From the IMG/VR virus record IMGVR_UViG_3300020048_000111: DNA of 64,000 bases; one strand, written 5' to 3'. Position 1 is the stretch's first letter. The number at the start of each line of letters is the position of its first letter. The notes beneath the pieces were generated by a model. That model did no database searches. It saw nothing but the letters and a program-made list of their open reading frames with translations, and was not told the DNA's origin. This document shows positions 29,368 through 37,848 of this stretch, in pieces. The stretch is from an uncultured virus (IMG/VR IMGVR_UViG_3300020048_000111) (lineage: Duplodnaviria > Heunggongvirae > Uroviricota > Caudoviricetes). The position numbers and the translations under genes are program-made.

Positions 29368-32300
29368 ATGGCAACATATTATATAACTCCTAGTCCTATA
29401 GGAAATGATTCAACAGGTGATGGTAGCATAGGGCTTCCTTGGGCTACTGTTGAACATGCTACAGCAACTGTTACATCCTCAGGAGATACAATTTATATAA
29501 ATGCAGGTACATATACAGTGTCTGCACAGCCTTATGTAGAAAGGGGTGTTAGTATTATAGGTGCTGGTAAAGATGTTGTTACTATCAATTGCAATCATGC
29601 AGGGGGCATATTAGAAATGTGGTCAGCAGCAATAGATAACCAACCATCAGTGACAGTATCAGGAATAACCTTTAATGGACAGAATTTAGGATATAATGCT
29701 GTTAGTATTACAAGAAGATGTAATGTCACTGTAGATAATTGTAACTTTATTAATTTTGTATCAGGCGCTTGTTACGCTTATGATGGATATGATTCTTTAG
29801 CAAATAGTCCAGCTATTTATAATATAAATGTTACTAATTGTGAATTTACTGATTGTACAAGATATTTAGCGGCAGGTAGTTTTGGAATGATTTGGCATCG
29901 TGGGGTGAAAGATTATGTAATTACTAATAATACCGTTACAGCTAATTACCTAACAGGGGATACTGCAGGATTTTTAGTTAAAGGCTCAAGAAATCAAAAT
30001 GTAAGAATATCAGGAAATACATTAAGTGTAATAGGGCATAATGATGGTACTAAATGGGCATTTGCCATTGAGTATAATCATGTATTAGGAGGTATTCAAA
30101 TTGATAATAACACTATTCAAGGTGTACTTGATTTTGCAGGTAATCATTGTCAAAAAGGTTTATATGATTATTCCTTATGGATACATCATAATACTTTAGG
30201 GCATGAATCACTTTCCACAAGGTATCAGGATTGTATATACCTGGAAAACTATTCATTAAACTCATCTATGGATATGTCTGATGTTATTATTGAAGATAAT
30301 ACCATTAAGAATATCACAAAGGGTGTTGGGTTTATGAAGGTGGCTACAAATAATCAAAGTCACTTCAACCGTATTAATATTAGACGTAATACAATGACTA
30401 ATATTGGTATAATTAATGCAGGTGGTTTAGGTTGGGGTATAACATGGAATGGGGATGGTGGAGTTTTTGAAAATATTTATATTTATAATAACACAATAAT
30501 TGCTACCACTGAAGCAGGAACTAATCCATTAGTGGGTATTAGTTTACCTGTAAGAAATAGTGCAACTACTAATTATAGAATTATAAATAACATCATACAA
30601 GGATTTGACAATGCTCCTATATTTACAGATGGGAGCTACTTAACAGGAACTATAGACCAATTGTACATTCAGAATAATGATATGTATCAAAATGGGAATT
30701 CCAATAATCCTAAATGGTGGGGAGTAGTTCCTACTAATATGTTAATAACATCAAATTTAAAAGTTGATCCTTTATTTGTTTCTTCAAGTAATTTTAACTT
30801 ACAATCAAGTTCACTATTACGTAATGCAGGACTTGATGTAGGATTACCATATTCAGGAGTAGCTCCAGATATGGGAGCATTAGAATACAATGAATCTACA
30901 ACAACTACTACTACCACATCTTCAATTCCTCCTACCACCACCACAACAACAACCACTGTATTACCTACAACTACAACTACATCTACAACAATTTTACCCA
31001 CTACTACAACTACTACATCCACACGAAGAAATGGAACAAGTATTATTACTAAAATAAAGCGAAAGATTTCTTTACGAGACCCTGATTATTTTTGTGATAG
31101 AAGCTGGACTCTCTCATTTAATATGAATATCAAAAGTTGGGTAAGCTTTCATAGTTATATCCCAAATTGGTATATGGGAGAAAACAATTTTTTTTATTCG
31201 GGGGTGAATAATTGTTGCAGTGAATTTGATTTCATTGCAGGGACACTTATTCCTACACCCCCTACAACTACAACTACAACAACATTAGGAACTACCACAA
31301 CTACTACAAGCACAACAATGATTCCTCTTGATTGTACATTAGAAGGATACACACATGTTCATGAGTGTTATTTAGATGGAAAAGCTACATTCATCTCTCA
31401 GGAAATTCCTCCTTGTGAAAGACCTGTAGGATTATCAATATTCTCTTTAATAACAGGATATTTAACAGAAGACCCTTGGGCAGAAGTTGTTTCTACAGGT
31501 AGTTTGGAAACTGCTTGTGCTGCTCTTTCCCTCTATCCAATGTATGAGGTGACATCAATTGAAGGATGGGCTTTTTCTATATCTATAGGAAATCAAGTAT
31601 ATGCTGATGATAATACAGAAGATTGTACATGTGTTCCTAATGGTTGGTATTTTACAGATGAAACAGCTTTCTATGGAAACATAATTCACATAGTAGATTG
31701 TATAATTGTTGAAATAACAAATTGCACACCCACCACTACAACAACCTCTACCACTGCTGCACCTACAACAACAACCACTACAACAAGTACAACAGCTATT
31801 CCTGTAAATTGTGATACAATAGTGAATCAAAATGATGCTCCTGCTTATCCATTCTATCAAGAAGTAAATTTAGGTGCTACAACAGGAACTGTAACATTAA
31901 CATTTGATGCTGTTGATATTCCTGATAGAATAATTGTAAGATGGAATGGAAATGTTGTTATAGATACTAAATACAGAGGTAAAACAGGATTTGATGTTGG
32001 AGAGATAACCAGGAATTTATTTACAGCTTCTCTTACAGGAAAAATTGATCCAATTTCAGGATTTACTTATCCTGATTTTGTAACCTATCCTACTGATGGA
32101 TATCCGGAAGTTGATTCTCCAGGAAATTATAATGATAGTTTTAATAAATCTGCAGCCACTCCTAATGAAGCATATGTAGAAGTGTATGCTCCTATGGATG
32201 GGACAATATGGGAGTTTATATTAGGGTGTCCTGTTTCTACATCTACTACCACCACTAGCACATCCACTACAGGTATACCTGCTTCTACTACCACTACCAC

Positions 32301-32370
32301 TACAACAATTAGTCCTTGTGTAGATTGTGAACCTTACTTTGGAACAACGACAACAACAACAACATTATGA
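29368..32370 (+). CDS. multi-module tail protein: right-handed beta-helix (pectate-lyase-like), internal muzzle fragment and Cys-rich modules separated by poly-Thr
   Basis: TYY....GND..GDGS...PWAT, GDTIYI.AGTY, many xxNNT repeats, DPLFV...APDMGA.EY, then SWTLSF....WVSFHSYIP. Confidence 0.8.
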   Translation: MATYYITPSPIGNDSTGDGSIGLPWATVEHATATVTSSGDTIYINAGTYTVSAQPYVERGVSIIGAGKDVVTINCNHAGGILEMWSAAIDNQPSVTVSGITFNGQNLGYNAVSITRRCNVTVDNCNFINFVSGACYAYDGYDSLANSPAIYNINVTNCEFTDCTRYLAAGSFGMIWHRGVKDYVITNNTVTANYLTGDTAGFLVKGSRNQNVRISGNTLSVIGHNDGTKWAFAIEYNHVLGGIQIDNNTIQGVLDFAGNHCQKGLYDYSLWIHHNTLGHESLSTRYQDCIYLENYSLNSSMDMSDVIIEDNTIKNITKGVGFMKVATNNQSHFNRINIRRNTMTNIGIINAGGLGWGITWNGDGGVFENIYIYNNTIIATTEAGTNPLVGISLPVRNSATTNYRIINNIIQGFDNAPIFTDGSYLTGTIDQLYIQNNDMYQNGNSNNPKWWGVVPTNMLITSNLKVDPLFVSSSNFNLQSSSLLRNAGLDVGLPYSGVAPDMGALEYNESTTTTTTTSSIPPTTTTTTTTVLPTTTTTSTTILPTTTTTTSTRRNGTSIITKIKRKISLRDPDYFCDRSWTLSFNMNIKSWVSFHSYIPNWYMGENNFFYSGVNNCCSEFDFIAGTLIPTPPTTTTTTTLGTTTTTTSTTMIPLDCTLEGYTHVHECYLDGKATFISQEIPPCERPVGLSIFSLITGYLTEDPWAEVVSTGSLETACAALSLYPMYEVTSIEGWAFSISIGNQVYADDNTEDCTCVPNGWYFTDETAFYGNIIHIVDCIIVEITNCTPTTTTTSTTAAPTTTTTTTSTTAIPVNCDTIVNQNDAPAYPFYQEVNLGATTGTVTLTFDAVDIPDRIIVRWNGNVVIDTKYRGKTGFDVGEITRNLFTASLTGKIDPISGFTYPDFVTYPTDGYPEVDSPGNYNDSFNKSAATPNEAYVEVYAPMDGTIWEFILGCPVSTSTTTTSTSTTGIPASTTTTTTTISPCVDCEPYFGTTTTTTTL

Positions 32371-34289
32371 GTACATTTTTAAATTGTGATCCTTTAGTTT
32401 CCAATCTTTGTACAATTGGAAATTATGTAATAGAATGGAGGCTTAATTCTTCCAGTGGAAGTGTTGTGTTTGTAAGTGGAAATGCAGGAAACCCTGATGT
32501 AGATATTCAGGCATTTCACCCTCTTGTAGATGAAGTGGTATTTGCAGGTACACTTTATCCTGTAGTGAGGTATATTTATATAAATGGAAGCAGAGTTACA
32601 TCTGATTATGAAATTGGTGCATTATATGCTCCTGATTTAATAGATTGCCTTTCTCCTGTTGTTGTAGAAGCTGTTGATTGTTCTACAGTGTTAGGTACTA
32701 ATATCCTCTATCCCTATTCCCTCTCTTATACAAATACAATAGATGTTGGGGTAGATAAATCACGTACAATTAAATATGACATAAGTAATGATACAACATA
32801 TTTAGCATGGGAATTTACCCCTTATTTAGTAAGTGAACAATTAGAAATATTCTATTGTACATCCGGAGGAGCAACAGAAACACTTGTTGATAATTTTGTA
32901 ATGGGAGCAAGGAATGGTTCAGGAGCTGCTTTTACTAGTAATCTCTATCCAAGTAGCTATCCTACTAATTATAGAACTTATTATATGGGTAGTTCAGGAG
33001 AGGTATTAAAATTCATCACTGACATTTCTACATTTGGATATGTTGCCGGAGACTATTTAAAAATAAGAATTACAGGCTCTGTATGGGAACCTGCTATAAC
33101 TAATACCAATTGGGTAATAAGACTTAAATGCCTTACAGATGCAGATATTGATGGGGCTTTCTATGACACCACTATTAGCAAGATAACAGACACACCTGCA
33201 ATGGTATATATAGGTGATCCTTCTTGTAATTATAATGTTACATATAATACTACAACAGCACCAGGAGCACAGAATAAATTAACATCCCCATATTTTATTT
33301 ATAAATATATGCAGATGTTAAATAATTATGTATTTACTCCTGTAGGAAATGGTAATTATACTAATCCTGTTAACACAGGGGTTAGATGGTCTACTACAGG
33401 GAGTACACAATATATTTATCAGGGATCAGGCCCAATTACCTGTATGAATATGGCTGCAGGGCAAACAAGAACTGTAGTTAATAACACCACTGATTGTACA
33501 TTTATTTATACAGATATAGCTGATTATAATGCTGCAGTGAATGATATAAGTACAATTCAGGCCACTGCAGCATATACTACATGGTTAACCTATGATGATA
33601 GTGATGTAGGATATTTTGCCTACTATTTTATAAGACACATTTATGTAGCAAGTACCTGTGGGGATACACAAACAGTAGTAAATTTTAATTTTCATTTTGC
33701 TACAACATTAACATATGATAGTTCAACGCCTGGTGCTTACACAATTAAATTTACTCATGTTATACCTACTAATAATACTCCTGATATAGGGGATTGTGAT
33801 AATACTCATGATGTTGTAGATCAGATTGTAGCAACATTGAATGTAACTAAAAATTATGTATTTTCAATTCCTGCTTATGCTACAAGTCATGCAAGAGCTG
33901 CCACATCTGTAGCAGCAATAACTGCTTATGGTAGTTTAACTAATGAAACTACACGTACACAATATTCTTATTTCTATATACAGGATGTACTCTTAAACAA
34001 TATTTTTGACCTATCTTTGTTAGGGGGTAATCCTTGGTTCTGTTTAAATCCTACAACACATGAATGGAGACTTTACAGAAGCTATGATAAACTCACCCTC
34101 TTACAATATGCTACACATGAAGAAAGATTGAATTGTTGGAAACTAGAAAGACTTGTAGGACTTAGAACAGATGATTGTACAGATTTATTAGCATTAACAT
34201 TTGAAACGGTCTACACATCTCCTTGTATTACAAGCACAACCACCACCACTATTATTCCTTCTACCACCACCACCACAACAACATTATAA
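32367..34289 (+). CDS. Tyr/Thr-rich beta-type tail or adhesin protein ending in poly-Thr
   Basis: 640 aa, ATGA overlap with the upstream gene. Confidence 0.7.
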   Translation: MSTFLNCDPLVSNLCTIGNYVIEWRLNSSSGSVVFVSGNAGNPDVDIQAFHPLVDEVVFAGTLYPVVRYIYINGSRVTSDYEIGALYAPDLIDCLSPVVVEAVDCSTVLGTNILYPYSLSYTNTIDVGVDKSRTIKYDISNDTTYLAWEFTPYLVSEQLEIFYCTSGGATETLVDNFVMGARNGSGAAFTSNLYPSSYPTNYRTYYMGSSGEVLKFITDISTFGYVAGDYLKIRITGSVWEPAITNTNWVIRLKCLTDADIDGAFYDTTISKITDTPAMVYIGDPSCNYNVTYNTTTAPGAQNKLTSPYFIYKYMQMLNNYVFTPVGNGNYTNPVNTGVRWSTTGSTQYIYQGSGPITCMNMAAGQTRTVVNNTTDCTFIYTDIADYNAAVNDISTIQATAAYTTWLTYDDSDVGYFAYYFIRHIYVASTCGDTQTVVNFNFHFATTLTYDSSTPGAYTIKFTHVIPTNNTPDIGDCDNTHDVVDQIVATLNVTKNYVFSIPAYATSHARAATSVAAITAYGSLTNETTRTQYSYFYIQDVLLNNIFDLSLLGGNPWFCLNPTTHEWRLYRSYDKLTLLQYATHEERLNCWKLERLVGLRTDDCTDLLALTFETVYTSPCITSTTTTTIIPSTTTTTTTL

Positions 34290-34292
34290 ACT

Positions 34293-35159
34293 ATGTCAAA
34301 GATAGTATCCATAAAACTAACAAGAGTGAGTTCTAATGCAGGGCCATTCAATATCTATGACCAATTTGGAAATCTCATAGCAGAGAATATTTCTAAAGAA
34401 AGTTTGTTAGAAGGAATGCATTTCAGTGTGGATGATAATACCACTATGGTGAGAGTAACTTCTATTGGAGATTGTACATATGAAAAATGGGTAACGCTTG
34501 CTAACATTACTAAATATGATTTTTACACAACTCCTGTAGAAGAAATAGATACAGGGTGTGTATGGGTGCATTTGAAGAATCCTGAAATTTACAACACTTT
34601 TTATGGAAATACAGAACCTTATATAATAGAGCAACCTTTCTCAAGTTCTCCAAATACACAAATCCTACAGAATGTAAAAGACTTTTCAAAAGTATATCAA
34701 TACACAAAAGACCCTTATGGGGTAAGTAATGAGCCAAGTAAGATTGAATTAGATGATGCTTATTTCAATCAGGCAATTATTTACAATGATCAACAGTGTT
34801 CAGGAGTATTAAACTTAGTTCCTAAACCAAAACATAATTTACGAGCATATAATCTCTATCCTATCTATAGGAATAATGGAAAGGATATAATTTATACTAA
34901 ATCAGATAACTTTTACAACATCAATGGATTTTGGGATGTTGTTAAGGACAAATCAGATTTCCTCTTTATAAGAAATTGTGAACCACTTTCTATTGATAAG
35001 GAAATAAATCAGGATAATATGAACTATACAATCAAATCATTTGTAAAAGCACCACTAAGAGCAAAGGATGTTCGGATAAGGTTTATATTAAATAATAGGA
35101 GCGATATCCACATAGTTTCAAATCTTCTCCTTACAGGGAATCAAATAAGCTATAAATAA
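34293..35159 (+). CDS. probable C-terminal part of the tail stabilisation protein fused to an N-terminal ~70-aa module
   Basis: W.H....YN.FYG...PYIIE, FNQAI.YN.QQCSG.LNL and LRAK...IRFI..N motifs. Confidence 0.7.
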   Translation: MSKIVSIKLTRVSSNAGPFNIYDQFGNLIAENISKESLLEGMHFSVDDNTTMVRVTSIGDCTYEKWVTLANITKYDFYTTPVEEIDTGCVWVHLKNPEIYNTFYGNTEPYIIEQPFSSSPNTQILQNVKDFSKVYQYTKDPYGVSNEPSKIELDDAYFNQAIIYNDQQCSGVLNLVPKPKHNLRAYNLYPIYRNNGKDIIYTKSDNFYNINGFWDVVKDKSDFLFIRNCEPLSIDKEINQDNMNYTIKSFVKAPLRAKDVRIRFILNNRSDIHIVSNLLLTGNQISYK

Positions 35160-37846
35160 TGAAAAAAGGTTGGCTTTCTAAATATGATGTAAATGCTAAT
35201 GATAGCAAGGTAACAATTCCTGAAGGATTTGTAGGAATGGGCAATGACATTTTACATAGAAATTATTCCCCTGCTTGGGGAGGGCAATTTTATAATGGTG
35301 GAGAAATAATGAATGTAGCAAGTCTATCAAACCCTATTGCTCAAAATGGATATGTTGCTACACAGGATAATACTAATATTCAGTATAAGAGTGATCCTTT
35401 ATTAAGGGATAAGAAATTACAGATAGCTGAACAAATTAAAGAACAGAAAAAGAAAGACCTTGCTAAAGAATATCTTAAAAAACGCCAATCTCAGAATATA
35501 GTAAGTGGAGTTAAGAATACTGATAAACAAGTAGCAGAATATTCAGCTAATAATCAAATAGAGAGAGATTATCTTCCTATAGATAAAAAAGTAGAAGATT
35601 TTGCCATTAATACAGGAATTGCAATTCTTCCTGAAATAGCAATAGCAAAAGGATTACCATTATTGAAAGGAATAAAAAATGCAAGTAAATTTAAAGTACC
35701 TGAATTTACTTCACAACCTTTAATAAATTCTGAACTTGATATTACTGATATAATGTCAAAGTTAGTAAAGGATGATAGAAATCTTCTGGCTTTAAGGTCA
35801 GGTAATGATTATATTCAAACGTTATCTTCAGAAAAGAATTTATTAAAATTGAAAGCATTAGATGAAGAATATGGAACTCAATTATTTGATAGATTTAAAA
35901 ACTATGATAATTACTGGGATCAAAATGTAAATATAGGAAATAGTAATTTAGTTAAAGTAGCTAAACCTGAAGAATGGAATCAGGCAAGTGGAGTTATTGG
36001 AGTTAATACTTTAAAACCTCAAGTAAGATTACAAAACATAATGAATGAAATCCAAGATGAGAAATACTTATCTGGTATATCACTTGAAAAGAATAAACCA
36101 TCTTTAGGTACTTTTGATCGTATTAATTACTTAAACCCTAATATTGCTAAGGAGGATATAATGGGAACAACAACCCATGAAATGATGCATGATATTAATC
36201 ATGGTGGGGACTTCTTTACACCTAAATTAAATTCAGATTTAGAAAAGATATTTTGGAATTGGGAGGATATAAGTATGGTTGAAGCAGATGATGCTATAAA
36301 TAATACAAGAAGCATGTTTAAAACTCTTGGTNNNNNNNNNNGATTTAATTTAAAAAATGATGGTATTTATAATGCAGGGAAACAAGAGTTTAATAAAGAA
36401 CATTTACAAAAAGCAAAAGTAAAATATAAAGGTAATCTTGAATTTGAAAGATTATTTAAGAATTTTAAAGATGATGATTTAATTTGGTTAATGAATAATA
36501 TTGCACAAAACAAACAAAATGAAGAGTATGCCCCTATTGCTTCCTCCGGAGGAATAATAAAAGATAATAATGGATATTGGAATAAAGACAATTGGGGAAA
36601 GCCTGTAGAAATAGACAGCAACGAAATAACAATGCAAGGGGTAAATCAGCCCCTATATGCATACGCAGCCTCTGGAGAGCAACAATTAATGATGCCTGGG
36701 CAAGACTATCATTTTAAAAGAGGGCCTGTTGTAGAGGTTCCTATAGCTCAGGATGGAAAAAATATAAATTTTATAAATCCTTTAAATCCTTTAGAAAATA
36801 TTCAAAAAAATGTTACTAATTTACAAGATGATAGTAAAAAAGTACAAAGAAAGAAGAGTCAAGATATAGTAGAAAAACAAAAATATTGGAATACACTACC
36901 TCCTAAATATGGAAGTAATGTTAAAAATAGAGAAGTATTTATGGATTTATATGACACCCCAATGCCTCAATATTCTATATTCCCTTATCAAGGAATGACT
37001 AATGAAGTTCCTAATTATAATGATGATGGGTTAAAAGCAATTGAAAATGTTTCACCTCTTATGGGTAATGCTCTAAAACTTAATGAAGACTTATTTTATA
37101 AATCATTAGAACAACAACAAAATCCTACATCTTGGAAAAAATTAATTGAAAAAAGAAAAGATATAGATAATCCTGCTTTATTATATAGTAGTTTAATGGA
37201 AGAAGGTGCTGCAGGATTTACAAATTCTTATAAATTACATCCTTCTAATAATAATACTGATATGTTTAGTGGCTTTGACCATTTTGGACTTGATAGTATT
37301 TATGATAGGGCAGATGAATTCATTAAAAAAGGATATTTAGATAAAGACTTTAAAAAAAGAATTTATGTAGATGAAACACAAAATGAAAAAGAGGAGTGGG
37401 TAAATTCTGCTTTTTTTGCTGATTTAAATGATGTAATTTCTGCTAAAAATGCTTACATAAAACAAGGGCAAGAAGTTATTAATACCACTGCAAAAAAATT
37501 AGGAATAACATTATCACCGGAAGCAAAAGATTACTTTACTCTAATGACCTTTAATTATGGGGAAAATGGGGCTAAGGAAGTAATGCAAAAATATAAAGAT
37601 GCAGGAATACTTGAGAACAATAAATTTTTAAATGATGATTCTTATCCTGGATATAGAGGCCCTCATAAGAATATAGTAAAAAGATTACAGGCAGCAAAAA
37701 TGCTCAAAGGGGAGGGAGTTATTAAAAAAAATGGAGGAGCAATAAGTCAACAAAATGATAAAAATGGAAGTCAGCTTGGTCAACTCACAGATTTCTCTAA
37801 TTTTGCTAAACAGAATAAAAATAATTGGTTACAAAAATATAGTTAG
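35159..37846 (+). CDS. internal virion (cargo) protein with zincin HExxH and lysozyme/transglycosylase-like modules; frame uncertain across the N-gap
   Basis: THEMMH; LYSSLMEEG..FGLD..TFNYGE; N-gap at 36332-36341. Confidence 0.65.
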   Translation: MKKGWLSKYDVNANDSKVTIPEGFVGMGNDILHRNYSPAWGGQFYNGGEIMNVASLSNPIAQNGYVATQDNTNIQYKSDPLLRDKKLQIAEQIKEQKKKDLAKEYLKKRQSQNIVSGVKNTDKQVAEYSANNQIERDYLPIDKKVEDFAINTGIAILPEIAIAKGLPLLKGIKNASKFKVPEFTSQPLINSELDITDIMSKLVKDDRNLLALRSGNDYIQTLSSEKNLLKLKALDEEYGTQLFDRFKNYDNYWDQNVNIGNSNLVKVAKPEEWNQASGVIGVNTLKPQVRLQNIMNEIQDEKYLSGISLEKNKPSLGTFDRINYLNPNIAKEDIMGTTTHEMMHDINHGGDFFTPKLNSDLEKIFWNWEDISMVEADDAINNTRSMFKTLGXXXXFNLKNDGIYNAGKQEFNKEHLQKAKVKYKGNLEFERLFKNFKDDDLIWLMNNIAQNKQNEEYAPIASSGGIIKDNNGYWNKDNWGKPVEIDSNEITMQGVNQPLYAYAASGEQQLMMPGQDYHFKRGPVVEVPIAQDGKNINFINPLNPLENIQKNVTNLQDDSKKVQRKKSQDIVEKQKYWNTLPPKYGSNVKNREVFMDLYDTPMPQYSIFPYQGMTNEVPNYNDDGLKAIENVSPLMGNALKLNEDLFYKSLEQQQNPTSWKKLIEKRKDIDNPALLYSSLMEEGAAGFTNSYKLHPSNNNTDMFSGFDHFGLDSIYDRADEFIKKGYLDKDFKKRIYVDETQNEKEEWVNSAFFADLNDVISAKNAYIKQGQEVINTTAKKLGITLSPEAKDYFTLMTFNYGENGAKEVMQKYKDAGILENNKFLNDDSYPGYRGPHKNIVKRLQAAKMLKGEGVIKKNGGAISQQNDKNGSQLGQLTDFSNFAKQNKNNWLQKYS

Positions 37847-37848
37847 CT

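Noticed and set aside
28660..34289. Diversity-generating retroelement targeting the adhesin domains
   Set aside because: No reverse transcriptase and no template/variable repeat pair differing at adenines was seen in this window
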